From NCBI RefSeq assembly GCF_018977255.1, contig NW_024704743.1, positions 115,136,001 through 115,200,000 of the forward strand: a DNA stretch of 64,000 nucleotides. Direction: 5' to 3'. This document shows positions 1 through 12,962 of the stretch, piece after piece; within the stretch, counting starts at the first letter, position 1, and each line of letters begins with the position of its first letter. This DNA is from Callorhinchus milii (lineage: Eukaryota). A program made the translations under genes and the position numbers. The notes under the pieces were generated by a model, which was not told the DNA's origin, did no database searches, and saw only the letters and a list, made by a program, of their open reading frames with translations.

Positions 1-755
1 CAGCATCAACCTCCATGGTTGCACACTACAACTCACCAGCCAGTCAGGAACCCAGGTGTCTTGTTCGACCCTCAACTGTCTTTTCTCCCCCACATTCAAG
101 CCATGACCTGCTCTGCCTTCCCTCACCTTCATAACATCGCCCGACTCCGCCACTACCGCACCCCTCAGGCCACTGAAACTCTTGTTCATGCCTTCATCAC
201 CTCCAGGCTCAACTATGAAAACTATGCTTGTCGGCCTTCCCAACTCCTCCCTCCACAGGCTGCAGGTAATCCAGAACTCTGCAGCCCGTGTCCTCTCCCG
301 CACCAAACTCCGTGACCCCATCTCCCCCACTCTCGCCCGACTCCACTGGCTCCCTATCCTTCAGAGGATCCAGTTCAAGATCCTGGTCCTCCCATACAAA
401 GCCCTCCATGGCCTCGTCCCACCCTACCTCTGTGACCTCCTAACCCCCTACCAACCCGCCCATTCCCTCTGCTCAGCCGGCTCTGGCCTGCTTCACGTTC
501 CCTGACCCACCTGCTCCACCCGCCTTCAACCTCTGGAATTCCATCCTCCAGTCACTCCGCCTCACCCGCTCCTTAGCCTCCTTCAAGTCCCGCCTCAAGA
601 CCCTCCTCTTCGACTATGCCATTGGCCACTCCCCTTCCCCTCCCCTCCCTTACCCCCTCAACCCCAGCTCGGGTCTGAAATGCTGTATTCTGTCCAGCGC
701 CTTGGGAGGTCCTCCCAATGTGAAAGGCACTATACAAATGTAATATTGTTGTTGT
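1..755 (+). mobile_element. L2-clade LINE, 3' part of ORF2 plus 3' tail (decayed, frameshifted)
   Basis: Frames encode VRNPGVLFDPQLSFLPHI...ETLVHAFITSRL and LQVIQNSAARVL...LHWLPILQRIQFKILVL, the typical L2 ORF2 C-terminus; ends in cagcgccttgggaggtcctcccaatgtgaaaggcactata followed by (ttg)n. Confidence 0.85.
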
Positions 756-2559
756 CTTAAAAAACGTAGTAACTGCACTTTACAGTATATCCTGTGAAGA
801 GCTTTAGGACCTCCTCTCAGAGCAGTAAATGTAAATATTGTTGCAGTTCTGTATTGTCAGGGGTGTGTCCTTCAGGTGAGGCATTAAACTGAGGTCTGTC
901 CTCTCCTCAGGTGGACATTAAAAGATCCCATGAAGCTATTCACAAAGGGAGTTTCTTTCACTGTCTTGGCCGTCATTCATGCCATGACTGTATGAATGAC
1001 ATAATAGGAGCAGTATGAAGCCATTCAGTCTGTCGAGCCTGTTCTACTAGTGTATTAGATCACGATCTTTTAATCCTCTTTCCTGGCTTTTTCTCTATAT
1101 CCCTTAATAACCTTACTTTCCATGTATTTATCTTTCCACTATAAACATCCCAATTGATTCTGCCTCTGTGGCCTTTTGAAGCAGCACATTGTACATTTTC
1201 ACAACCCTGGACCCAGTCAGTATTCCACCTTGTCTCTCCGTGTCCTGGCCAACAATCCCCCCCAGATAAAATTATCATTTGCTTCATGGTTCATTGCAGG
1301 AATTTGCCGTGTGCGAATTGGCTGCTGCGTTCACCCACAAATTAAAATCCTGTGACGTGCTTTGCCCGCCCGGACGACATAATAGGGCGTTATATCAAAC
1401 CAATGTTTATCATCATAATGTTTCTCAATAGTTGCAACTACATTTGCTCTAATTTAACGTGATGTCCCCCTTGTGGTGGATCCCTCTACCAGAGGGAAGA
1501 GAGGTCCACTAGCCAGCTCATCGTGGGGCTGTGATTGAGAAAATTATAAAGCGCATGAGGTAGCATGTGCGCAGTCTCTATTGCTGCTGGTGCTTTAGAT
1601 TCCGTTCAGAATGAACAGCGCTGGATTTCCTGCTTGTCTTGTGCTACGGGTTTTGTTCAAAGCCTCCAGCGGTTGGATAAACATGCCACCGACGAGCTGG
1701 GATGCAGAACTCCTAAATCTTTATTTTTTGTCGTTTGATTTCTCGTGGAGGAATAATGCTGGGTTTCCATGTTGCAAGGAGAGTGCTTTCAATGTGCATC
1801 AGCCTGGTTCAGCCACTCGCACACTCGTCCCTTAGGGCAGATTGTTTTGGCTTCAAACTCCATTTCAATTCTGAACCCTGACTGATACTCACAGTACAGT
1901 GAGAGGGGCAGTCACATCCTGCTTTGTGGGAGCTGCTGTCCTTTGGAGGGAACGTTCTTTTGTAAAACAATTCCTGGCAGTCCTGTCACCCTGATCAGGT
2001 GGACGTTAAAGATCCCATGAAGTTGTTCGAAATGAGTAGTGAGTTTAGTCTTGGTGAACAAACCTCCAGCGATTGCTGTGAGTTAGGTGCTTTGAGATTT
2101 ATATGTATGTGTATAAATTTGTCACTCGCTTCATGGATGGTTGTGGGAAATTGCTATGCACAAATTAGTTTCTGGATGGAGCTAGGGATGATGGGTTATA
2201 AAGCTTGGTGCAGGAAAGGATGCAGAGTCCTAGATGATCTGCATGTATATTATATATTATCAGACGCAAGGATTATTATTTGTTGCAACAAAGAGAGCAA
2301 GAATCAAATGATGGTGAATTGATGGGAGAGTTGTGTGGACTGAAGGAATTCACCATCATAGAAACTGTACAATGTAAATCTTACTTTAAAATTTCTAACT
2401 AATTCTTCGCCCACTCCCATTTACTTGACCCACAAATGGCAATTCATTATCGGGGGGTAGGTGGTGGGACGAATTTATTAAACGCCTCAGACTAGCATGT
2501 AATCCAAGTTGAAGAGCATGGTGTTGCAGAGGAAAATCTGGCTATAATAATAAAAAATC

Positions 2560-3105
2560 CTTGCAATTGATATAGTATCGTATCACACCATTGAAATGTC
2601 TCGAAGCGCTTCAGTTTTCTGTAAAGTGTAGTGACCGTGTATTTCATAACTATGGCTACAAATCTGGGACTGAATTCAACAATTTACCAGCTCCAGCTTC
2701 CACATGCTCCAGATCATATCTAGGACACTGCATCCTTTCCTGCACCAAGCTTTTTAACAAATCGCCCCAGCTCCATCCGGAAACTAATTTGCGCCATAGC
2801 AATTTCCCACAACCATCCATGAAGCAAGTGACAAATTTTATCTGAGGGATTGATGGTCAGGACACCAGAAGAGATTCTAGTCTCTTTCCAAACAGTGTCA
2901 TGGGGTCTTTTAATGTCCACCCAAACAAGGTAGACAGGACTTTGGCTTAATATCTCATCCGAAGAACAGATGCTTTGACAATACAGCGCTCTGCACCAAT
3001 TGGAGTGCCATCACAGACTGATATGAGCTCAAATTCCCAATATGAGGCTTGAACCCACAACCTTCTGACCTAGAGTTCAGAGAGCTACTGACTGAGCCAG
3101 GCTGG
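2560..3105 (-). mobile_element. SacSINE1-like Deu-domain SINE, diverged
   Basis: Reverse complement has the head cagcctggctcagtcagtagctctc...aggttgtgggttcaagcc, the core ggtggacattaaagaccccatg and a Deu-like block; matches other copies in the window (e.g. 44004-44485). Confidence 0.7.
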
Positions 3106-3764
3106 TTTAAGGGTTTTTCAGTAGCATTTTAAATCTGGGGAGCTTCATAGGAATTGGATCTGTTTAAAATTATGTTGTTTTTTTCTCCTGGATGGTTTTA
3201 ATTGTGCAGATCTACACTGAATGGGGAAATGGGGAGGAAATAGTCCGATCCTTGACTTATTACTCCCCCCGCCGCCCAACACCTGACTCCCCACCCCTGT
3301 CGTGTCATGAGATTTGCATACCCTGGTTGAGTGATGTTCCATAACCGTAACCTTGGCTAGTCAGATGTTGGCTTTGTTTGTGCATGGTGACTCTGAGAGC
3401 ATTTTAAATCTGCACAGGGTTGACGTGTGAGACGGGTATCCATTTCACATGACATGCACCTGCAGTTTTCTTCTTATAAAATACTCGGTGAGGCAAGTCT
3501 CAGGGCTTGACCTTCACTCAAGTAGGAGATCAGGTTTTTATGAATAAATTATAATTCACCTCCGACTCCACTTACTCCCTAGCTGCCAACAGATAAACTT
3601 TTTTTATGATCTCCGTCCATTCCTTTCAAAAATCCTCTGTGGCCTCTTCCCCATCCCTACTTCTGGAATTTCCTAGGCTCCTACACCTCCACTCCATCAA
3701 CTCTGACCTGCTTAGGGCTCCCGCTTGCCCTTTGGAACTTTCTTCTCAAATCTCTCCTCTCTCA

Positions 3765-4076
3765 TCCTGTAGCTCAGTGGTTAGAGCACTTGCTTTGCAA
3801 GCGAGAGACCTGTGTTCAATTCCAGGCAGAGGGCGAAACCTTGGGCAAGTTTCCTTACTCCACACGCCTATAATAATCCCTCCAAAAAACAAAAACAATA
3901 TTAAATTGGTCATTTTCAATCTACGACTGTTTGTGGGACATTGCTGTGCGCAATTGGCTGCTGCGTTCGCCCACAAATATACAGTCAATTCACTTTACAG
4001 TGTGTTCTGTGAAGCGCTTTGGGACGTCCTCCTGACGTGAAAAGCGCTATATCAAATGCAAGGATTATTATTATTT
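3765..4076 (+). mobile_element. tRNA-Ala-headed Deu-SINE, short (young) subfamily
   Basis: Pol III A box tagctcagtgg, ctttgcaag anticodon-like loop, B box gttcaattcc, Deu-like block ctgtttgtgggacattgctgtgcgcaattggctg, L2-type tail agcgctttgggacgtcctcctgacgtgaaaagcgct and (att)n; near-identical to 5138-5457 and 22002-22327. Confidence 0.85.
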
Positions 4077-4517
4077 TTAAATCCTGTCTGAGGACCTATA
4101 TCTTTGATTGTGCCTTCATTACATGGGGCTGAGAGCCTCCACTAAGACCACATTGTTCAGCACTAGCTGGTACTAGCTATGTAATAACTTCCAGTTGTGT
4201 CCTTCAGATATTTGCATTGCCAGAATGTCTCATCCTTCCACAATACCCACCCTGCCCTCTTCTTCCTGTCACGAGTTCTTCCTCAAATGAGTCCCAGCAT
4301 CCTGGCCTCAACCACCTTTCCAGGTCACCCCTGTTACAATTGTTAATTACCCTCTGGGTAAAGAAGTACTTACTTGGTTTCTATTCAGAAAATTGACATT
4401 TGCAACTCTGAACCTTTCCCCCCCTGATTCTGTTGCCTTGGCGTATCGGTTTTAAATTCCCAGCAGAGCTTTTGGGACCTGCCACCTTACTGCACTACAG
4501 AATGGTTACATTTGTAA

Positions 4518-5457
4518 AGTCCTGTAGCGTGTTGGTTAGAGCACTCGCCTCGCAAGCAAGAGGATCTGTGCTGTCCCAGGTGGGGTGAAATCTTTGGCAA
4601 GTTTCCTAACTCCACAACCTCTGTTTACCTAGCAGTAAGTAGGAACCAATTTTTGTGGGTGTTTGTGGCCCACAAAATATGTAGTCAATTCACTTTACAG
4701 GACATTCTGTGAAGCGCATTGAGACGTCTCAATAATATCAATAAGTGTGGAGTCCTGTAGCTCAGTGGTTAGAGCACTCGCCTCCCAAGTGAGAGACCTG
4801 GGTTCGATTCCCAGCAGAGTGAAACGTTGGGCATATTTCCTTTCTCCACATGTCTCTGTTTACTAGGAACCTGGTTGAACCTGGTTCTTAGTCGATTGCC
4901 GCTTTTCCAGGGGGTAATAATCCCTTAAAAAAATAATAAGCAGAAGAAGAATTTGGCCACTCAATCCACGACTGTTTGTGAGACACTGCTGTGCGCAATT
5001 GGCTGTCGCGTTTCACCCACAAAATATACAGTCAATTCATTTTACAGAATATTGTGTAAAGCGCTTTGAGATGTCTCAACGACGTGATAAGGTGCTATAT
5101 CAAATGCAAGAATTATTATTGTTGTTATTATTGTATCGGAGTCCTGTAGCTCAGTGGTTAGAGCACTCGCTTTGCAAGTGAGAGACCTAAATTCAATTCC
5201 AGGCAGAGGGCGAAACCTTGGGCAAGTTTCCTTACTCCACACGCCTAATAATAATCCCTCCAAAAAACAAAAATCAATAATAAATCGGTCATTTTCAATC
5301 TATGACTGTTTGTGGGACATTGCTGTGTGCAATTGGCTGCCGCGTTCGCCCACAAATATACAGTCAATTCACTTTACAGTGTGTTCTGTGAAGCGCTCTG
5401 GGACGTCCTCCCGACGTGAAAAGCACTATATCAAATGCAAGGATTATTATTATTATT
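4518..5457 (+). mobile_element. Head-to-tail cluster of three tRNA-Ala-headed SINEs (~4518-4740, ~4747-5133, 5138-5457)
   Basis: Three successive gtcctgtagc...ggttagagcactcgc heads, each followed by the same body and tail. Confidence 0.8.
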
Positions 5458-6301
5458 GTTATGTTTTGGATTCATGTGCACGATTTCCCCTTTGTGCTAA
5501 ATTACCATTCTTGGTGCTGTCGTGTAGACTGGGTGCTACCTCATTGAGATCGAGGGGAAGTTGGATGGGGAATTCTATGTCAGCTCATGTATTTTAAGAA
5601 TTTTGGAATATGGGGCAGAATTGTCTCAGTTTGGAATTATTTGGGAAAAGCTGGGGAATTCAGATTGACTGGTCTCAAATAATTTGACCTATGTGTGTCA
5701 ATGCAATTACTAAGAAGCAATAGAAAAACTCCCTCCCTCGCTATATTGTTGTACCATTTCACATTGTGAAACCTTTATAATCTGTACTAGGGTGTGTGTG
5801 TGTTGGGGTGGGAGGGAGGAATGTTAAATCCCCTGAAATTGTACTTGGAACTACAAACCTGTGAGCACAGAACAGCATTATTCGGCACATAATGCATCAC
5901 AATAGCAATTCCGATCAATTGGAGACCTCGCTCACAACATAAGAACAACAGCTCGCATTTATATGATCCTTGCATTTTTAGCATTTGCATATCGGCAGGA
6001 TAGAATCTCTGAGCGTTGAACAATACAAGATTTGGCAGCCGGCAGGGTGGAAAAGGTGAGGTAAACATAGGCGCAGATGAAGATGTAAGTCTTCAGGAAG
6101 GATTTAAAGGTAGACAAACAGGGAGGATGAGGAGGAGGGATTGAAGCAGGGTGTTCCAGATGTTCAAGGTATAGTGTCTGAAGGTACAGTCACGAAGGTA
6201 GTGCATAGGGGTAAAGGGTATATATAAGGTCTGACCTGGACTGTTAACACAAAAGTGAAATGCACGCATTGTGTTGTCATTGTTGGTGTTCATTATTGTA
6301 G

Positions 6302-6600
6302 CAACAACAACAACTTGTATTTATATTGTGCGCTTTCTGCGGGGCAGCGTCCTGGAGCGCTTGACAGTAGTGGAGTCTGACCCCGAGCTAGGGAGGGGGG
6401 TGGCAACCGTAAGCGCAATCAAAAAGGAAGGTCTTTAGGTGGCATTTGAAAGTGGCGAGGTAGGGGGGCAAGGCGGAGGGATTGAGGGAGAGAGTTTCAG
6501 AGCTTCGGGGCGTAGTAGCTGAAAGTACCACTGCCAAAAGTGGAGCGGAGAGCACGAAGGACAATTAAGAGGCCAGAGCGGAAGCAGCGGGTGGTGGAGT
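6302..6600 (-). mobile_element. L2 LINE 3' fragment
   Basis: (caa)n tail at 6302-6313; reverse frame RSGLLIVLRALRSTFGSGTFSYYAPKL matches the L2 ORF2 C-terminus. Confidence 0.7.
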
Positions 6601-8059
6601 GGGGGGGTAAGCAAATCGATAGGTAGGGAGGGTATGAAGGGATTTGAAAAGATTTGACCAGGAAATTGTCTGCTCGGCTGTGGAACGACCAGGATTGAAA
6701 CAAGTTTGGGCAGGAGCAGCGATAAACCAGTTTATCATATTCAGGACCAGAAGCAAAATAGAAGAAGGAAGTGACTGCTGTGTTTGTACAGGATACCAGA
6801 GCAGTTGGATGCAAAGTGGCAACGTTCCTCTAGGTTAGTAATATAATCTCAGTTACTCTGCTTTGCTGCCTTGCAACATTTTCTTTAACGTCTACCTAAC
6901 CAGGCAGATGGGGCTTCGCTTTAATGACTCATCCAAAGGATGGCACCTCTGGCAATGCAGTGCTCTCCCAGAACTGCGCTGGAGAGTCAGGTTGGACTGT
7001 ATGAGTTCCAAGTCCTGATATGGGACATTGAAACCACAACCTTCTGACATGGGAGGCGAGAGTGCTACCAATCAACTGACGCTGTGTCAAATGCAAAGGT
7101 TATTATTATTCCTCGTGGATCGAGTTGTTTCCATGGTATTTAATAGATGAGCACCGAGTAAGCAGGGAGAAAATGAGATGGCAATTATTAAGCTGTTTGA
7201 TATGTATAACAGATAGCCACAGTCAGCTAGCTCGTAATTCAATCAAATGGGTTCCAATGACTTTCGAAGTGTGGGCCTTTCATGCTCACAGATCTATGTC
7301 GTCAGACCTCTTGATTGAGTTAGCAGATGCAGTTTCTGCCGGCTGTCCATTATCCTCACTTTAGTAGGTTATTTATTAGTCACATTTACGTAGAGAGTAC
7401 GTAAATGTGACTAATAATTACTGAATAATTGTTGAAGGATGTTGTCATTTTGATGAGATGTTAAGCCAAGGACCCGGCTGCCTGCTCAGGTGGGAATAAT
7501 TATCAGTGAGTTGCCATTATGACCGCAGTATTGGCTTCAGTTACAAACTCATCTAACCAACCTGTTGCTGCTATCTGCGTCCGGGCACAATTTGTGATGT
7601 TTTTTTCCCCCCAAAAACAATTGGGCCGGTATGCTCCATTCAACTAGTGTGCGTTAGTGTTCTCATTGAAAAAAAGATTGAATCACACTGTAGAATACTG
7701 GGAGATTCGACTCTGCGTGTTTTTCAAATCGAGAGCAACCGTGGCGCAACCTTTAACATCCACTTGGACAGGCACGCGGGGATCTTAGTTTAACGTCTCA
7801 TCCGAAGGTCGGCACCTCCGACAATGCATCCTTGGGAGTGCCAGCCTGGTCTGCGAGCTTGTGTACTTTAGCAGAGGTCAGTAAAGGACTTGCCACAGAT
7901 GATCTTCTAAATAAGGCACGTTGTCGTGCTGAACGTGATCTCTGGATAGCAGCAGAGACACCAGTTGGTGCTGTTGTCATGGCTGAGAGTACAGGGACCG
8001 TTAGTAATTGGTTAGTTTAGGTCCCCCCGTTTCACTGATGGCAGTGTGCTGGTTACTAA

Positions 8060-8345
8060 GGAAACGCTTGTGTAGTGCGCAGCTTCCTCTGGAGCAGATG
8101 AAGGGGAAACAGCTGTCGGGGAGTTTTAAGCCTTCTCAGCGCACAGCGTTCCGCCTGCGTGAGACTCCCAACAAAACAGTTCAGTTTGAAGGATCGCACT
8201 CGATGGGTCTTCCTGAGCTGGTGGCCGAGCGCTGGGACTTGCGGCTGGAAATAAATGAATGTTTGTGCTGCTCCTAGCATTGCGGTGCGATGCTGTGAGG
8301 TGAAGCTTGGCAAGAAAGTGCGCCAGCGGCAGGAGGTATGTGCAG
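8060..8345 (+). promoter_or_regulatory. Candidate CpG-rich promoter / non-coding first exon of PTP4A3, donor GAG|gtatgt at 8335/8336
   Basis: Local CpG enrichment in a CpG-poor window, no recognisable repeat, good donor site; PTP4A genes typically have an upstream non-coding exon. Inference only. Confidence 0.4.
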
Positions 8346-9069
8346 GTATGTGGCAATGTCAGGCCAGTGTTTCTTTGTCACTTCCCTTCGGCCTTTATTT
8401 CCCCATACAGCTCTCAACTCGCGGTGTTGCCTTCCGATGTTGCTTACGCATTCCTAAACTGCTTTTATCCTTCCAGTGGAGCCAAGTCATTTATTTTATT
8501 TTATTCCCCGTATAATTATCCTGATTTTTTTGGCGCAATATTGTGATTGATGGGGGAAGAGGTTTGGTTTTATTGACTCCTTTTGCTTGGGGTGGGGGAT
8601 TTCCTGTGTATTTGAGAGAACTTTGTTTTTAAATGTTGCCAGGGAATTTGGGGTGTGAGGCGCGGCAAATTGTACTGATCTAGGGAAGGGGCAAGGGATC
8701 GGAAGCTGGGGTCAGGTGGGCGCTGCGCGAGGATGTAGGATAACTAGACTTCAAAGGACCATTTGGCTCCCCTTGTTTTGTGCCACCATGTCCCCTACCC
8801 TCTGGATCTCTTCCAAAAACCTCAACCCCTCACTTGCTCCGCTCCCTGCCCCTGAAAACCAAACTGTTTCAAATGCGCTTTTGCTCAGCGTCTTCAGTTC
8901 AATTCTATTTCCCCAGGGTATTTGTCAGACATTTCAAAATGTTCATTGTAATTGAAAAGCACTAAATAAGTGCAAACCCTGGTCAATCTGTCAGTGACAA
9001 ATCTCGACTTGTGAAGCTCCTGTTGGAGCACCTTGACAATGTCAGAACATCTCAGAGTGCTTCACAATT

Positions 9070-9410
9070 TTTTTTAGTGAACACGGCAGTCAATTTGCAC
9101 ACAGCTGTGTCTCAAAAAGACCCACAAAGTGAATGCCCAATTTTTTTTAACTAGGGGAATTATTGACCAGGACATTGGGAGAAACTCCCTTCTCTTTTCC
9201 AAAAGTTTCATGGGATCGTTAATGTCCACTTGAACAGCCGGGCGAGACCTCAGATCATCCATAGGACAGCATCTTCATCAAAGTAGCACCCCTACCTTCA
9301 CCACTTTATTGGAACGTCAGCCTATGAGCTCAAAGTCTTGACGTGGGGCTTGAACCCACAACCTTCTGACTCAGAGGTGAGAATGCTATCAATTGAGCCA
9401 GGCTGACATC
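9070..9410 (-). mobile_element. SacSINE1-like Deu-SINE
   Basis: Reverse complement: tgtcagcctggctcaattgatagcattctcacctctgagtcagaaggttgtgggttcaagcccc...caagtggacattaacgatcccatg...ggagtttctcccaatgtcctggtcaa. Confidence 0.75.
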
Positions 9411-9565
9411 TGTAATGCGAGAGCTGAAGGTATAAGAGGGACTCGGAGAGTACGGTTGATGCTCTGGTAACAGTAGTTTTGTAAATTCTTACTCTGAATG
9501 GCAGAGCTTTGGTCTCACTGTCCATTGATTTGTGGGGGCCTATCCGCTTTCAGGTGATCCCTTCA

Positions 9566-9950
9566 AATAATAATAATAATCTTGCTTTTGATACAGCGCC
9601 TTATCACGTCTTCGAGACATCTCAAAGCACTTCCCAGAATATACTGTAAAGTGAATTGACTGTATATTTTGTGGGCGAAACACGGCAGCCATTTGTGCAC
9701 AGCAGCATCCCAAAAACGGTTGTAGATTGAGTGACCAAATTATTATTATTTATATATTTTTTGAAGGGATTATTACCCCTGGAAAAGCAATCCGCCAATC
9801 GACTAACAATCAGGTTCCTACTTTCTGCAAGGTAAACAGAGGCGTGTGGAGTAAGGAAACTTGCCCAAGGTTTCGTCCTGCCTGGGAATCGAACCCAGGT
9901 CCTCTCGCTTGCGAGGTGAGTGCTCTAACCACTAAGCCACAATACTCCAC
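9566..9950 (-). mobile_element. tRNA-Ala-headed SINE, long subfamily
   Basis: Head gtggagtattgtggcttagtggttagagcactc on the minus strand, internal tctgtttacc...gtaggaacctgattgttagtcgattggcgg block, (aat)n tail at 9566-9580. Confidence 0.8.
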
Positions 9951-12916
9951 AAATATCAGTGACAGAAGCGAGTGAACATTATGTTCACTGCATAACCTAT
10001 GGTAGTATATCACGTACTGTACACGCTGTTTTATTAAATTTGGATGACCCACTAAGCTTTTAATTAAGAAATTTGACCTGTCATAAATACCTTTAATTGA
10101 GTCCCGCTGCTGGCTGCTTTGCGTGCGGAGAAAGTCGGTGATCATTCAGAGGAATGCAGAAGTTAGCGTGTGATTTGTGCACTTGGCAGCCACGAAGCCC
10201 TAGTAAACAGCAAAGAGGCAATGAGAACTTTGTGAACAGATGGCCTCTCTACGCAGGCTCAGGAAAGTGGCTCGCCTGCCAAAGTTGAGGATTTCACAGA
10301 TCCTATCCTCCTGCAACTTCCCAATGTATAAAGGGCTTTGCATCCAAAAACCTGCAAATATGTGGGACGTGATGGTTATGGTGTTCAGAGCCTTAGGAGA
10401 ACGGCCTGAGTGTGGTGCACTCTCTTAGATTGCAAACAGTGGCAGAGAAACACCTTTCAAATACTTGGTTTGCGTGACACCAAGTTTTGGATTGAAAACT
10501 CGTGGATTGTATGAGGGAGAGAAAGTTACGAGAGATGGGCAGGTTGCCTTGGGAAGGAATGAGCTTGAGGAGGAATGGTCGCACTGATTTGTTTTCAATT
10601 CGGTGAAGACGTCAGGATTAGAGATGGAGGGAGAATAGAATAATTTCTTTCAAGGGTGTCGGGAGAAACACCCAGAATGTTTGCAAGTACAGGAATGTTT
10701 CAAGGTGCAGTGATTATAGTAGATTAGATAAAGCAAACAAGAGGTCAGGGTTACAGAGAGCTGCGGGGAAAAGATTACCTGTTTGCTTTGGTATATTGCC
10801 CAATAGTGCAGACATGATTTAAAAAGAAAGACTTCCTTCCTCCCCCTCACCCCCTAAAAATAGGGGCTGTGGGGTTGTGATCAAGTCTTTGATGAATTTG
10901 GGCTTATGTGCAGATTAGTTGAGGGAAAATAAATCTTGGCCATGAAAGAGGAAAACCAAACTTCTCACAGACTGCTGAATGAATGGAGGAGGTTAAGAAT
11001 TTTGTGTGTGGGCGAAGGAGATGGTGACATGAACCAGCATTAAGAGAGGTGTCATTGAAGGTAAGAGGTGGAAGCTTTCATCACTCTTGTGAGTCATTGA
11101 ACGAATAAAAAAAAATCCCTGCCCATCTTTTTTAAGAATGGAAGGAAACTAGCTAGATTAGCATTCCTCAATCTTGCTAGTGATTCAGCTCATGCCTTGC
11201 GAGAGGACTCAAGCGTGTGGAGACATGCAGTCTGAAGGAAGTTCATGAATGAAGAATAAAATCATCCTCCAAGAGACAGTGTCGGGGGGGTGGGGGGGAA
11301 GGGGAAGCGTGATAATTTTTTTAAAGCACTTTAACATGCCGGAATGTCTTCATAGAAATTAGCAGCAATAGCTGTCAAAGTGTAGTGACTGTTTTTGTTG
11401 GCAAATGCCAAACAACTATATATCTGGAAGCCTTGTACGCAATTCTCCCACAATATTGTGATAAATCCCCAATTTACAAAGCTTTCCTGAATTCAGATAA
11501 TTCCAAGCTTTTTTTTATCTGAGTGCTACCTTCCTCCACTCTGATCAGCGCAAAGACTTTATTTGCTAGTTTACTGACTATTTTTTAATTAAATTTACAC
11601 TTCACTATAACTACAGCCGAGTACTTACACTTACCCCAACTCTTTGAGGCGTCTTGGCAATGTGATGAGGCGCTATGTATAATGCAAGGATTATGTTATG
11701 GATTTTTTTCTGTAGTATCTGCGGCGTGATTTCTGCCACAAAGTAACCTCAACCTTAAAACCTACATTGATAGAGCTTCTCTGGTTGCTGGGGCCAACCA
11801 GTCCCTGTTGGTGGATGATCCTTCACTGCGTCTCATTAGCTCAAAAACAAGAAGTTCCACTGAGACCTGGATTGCACCTTGTTTTGACAACGAACCAACA
11901 AACTCGTTCTCCAAAACACCATGGGAATTAATGTTCTTTATAGAGCCCTTGGGGGCCCTGCTGTACGTGTTGGTTTAGGGAAGCTTTTGCAGGATTATTT
12001 TGACTCTCTCTCTCTCTAATAATAATCCTTGCATTTGATATGGCTCCTTTCGTATCACGAGGACGTCTCAAAGTGCTTCGCAGGATTTAATGTGAAGTGT
12101 AGTGACTGTGTGTTTTATAATCTGAATTCTGATCTTTATCAATTTAAAAGTCTGTGAGTTGGGGGGTGGGGGAGAGATGTTAGTCTTCATGTAGGCTTGG
12201 TGCTAATCTAAAGAGGGAATTTGTTGAGGTGGGGTGGGGAGTGGTAAGAAAATCTCATTCCAGTTACAAATTCAGAGAAATTGAGCAACTGTTGATAATT
12301 TGAGCATTTGCAAAAGAATTGCAGTAAATTTGCAGCAATAATGTGCACAATAATCGCAATGTTTAACCCCCCCCCCCACCCTGCTAAATGTGCGTTTTTT
12401 TAAAATTGAAAATTTAGTGTGGAGATTGTGGGAGAGGAAATGGGAAAGAAAGGCAGGAAAAGGAGAATTGTGGAAAACTATGGTCATTCACAGCCCACTG
12501 TGACCTGATCGTTCTCTTGACTGCATCAACCCTTACTGAATACTGATTTGCACAGAGCTCATCTGTTCAGTACAGATTTGAGCAAACAAACGTTCATTAC
12601 AGTTTTCAGCAAACAAACTGATTAACTGATCCACCATCAAGGAGGAAGACAGAATGGAAGTTGTGTGCTTTACTGAGGGGGTGCTGTAGTTTTTTTTCTT
12701 GATTTAAAAGCAAATCTATTAATTTTGTCGTTTTTATTTGCTGTTACTGTCCAGTTGGTTCATAGTGTAGATCGAATTGGGCTGTGATACCCATGCTGAC
12801 ACTTACTGAAACCCATCATCGTGCTTGAAGAGTACCCAATCTCGACTGAGAGTTCCACATATGTTATACCACTTACACATGGAAATTTCCCTGTGTATGG
12901 ACTGGAAAAAGTCCTC

Positions 12917-12962
12917 TGTCTCTCTCTCTCGCTCCTTGGAAGATAGATATAGATAGATAGAT
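12917..12962. repeat. (CT)n and (GATA)n microsatellites
   Basis: tctctctctctc and agatagatatagatagatagat are directly visible. Confidence 0.8.

Noticed and set aside
4518..5457. Regularly repeated motifs resembling a CRISPR or satellite array
   Set aside because: Tandem SINE insertions in eukaryotic DNA; no short constant repeat with unique spacers and no cas genes.
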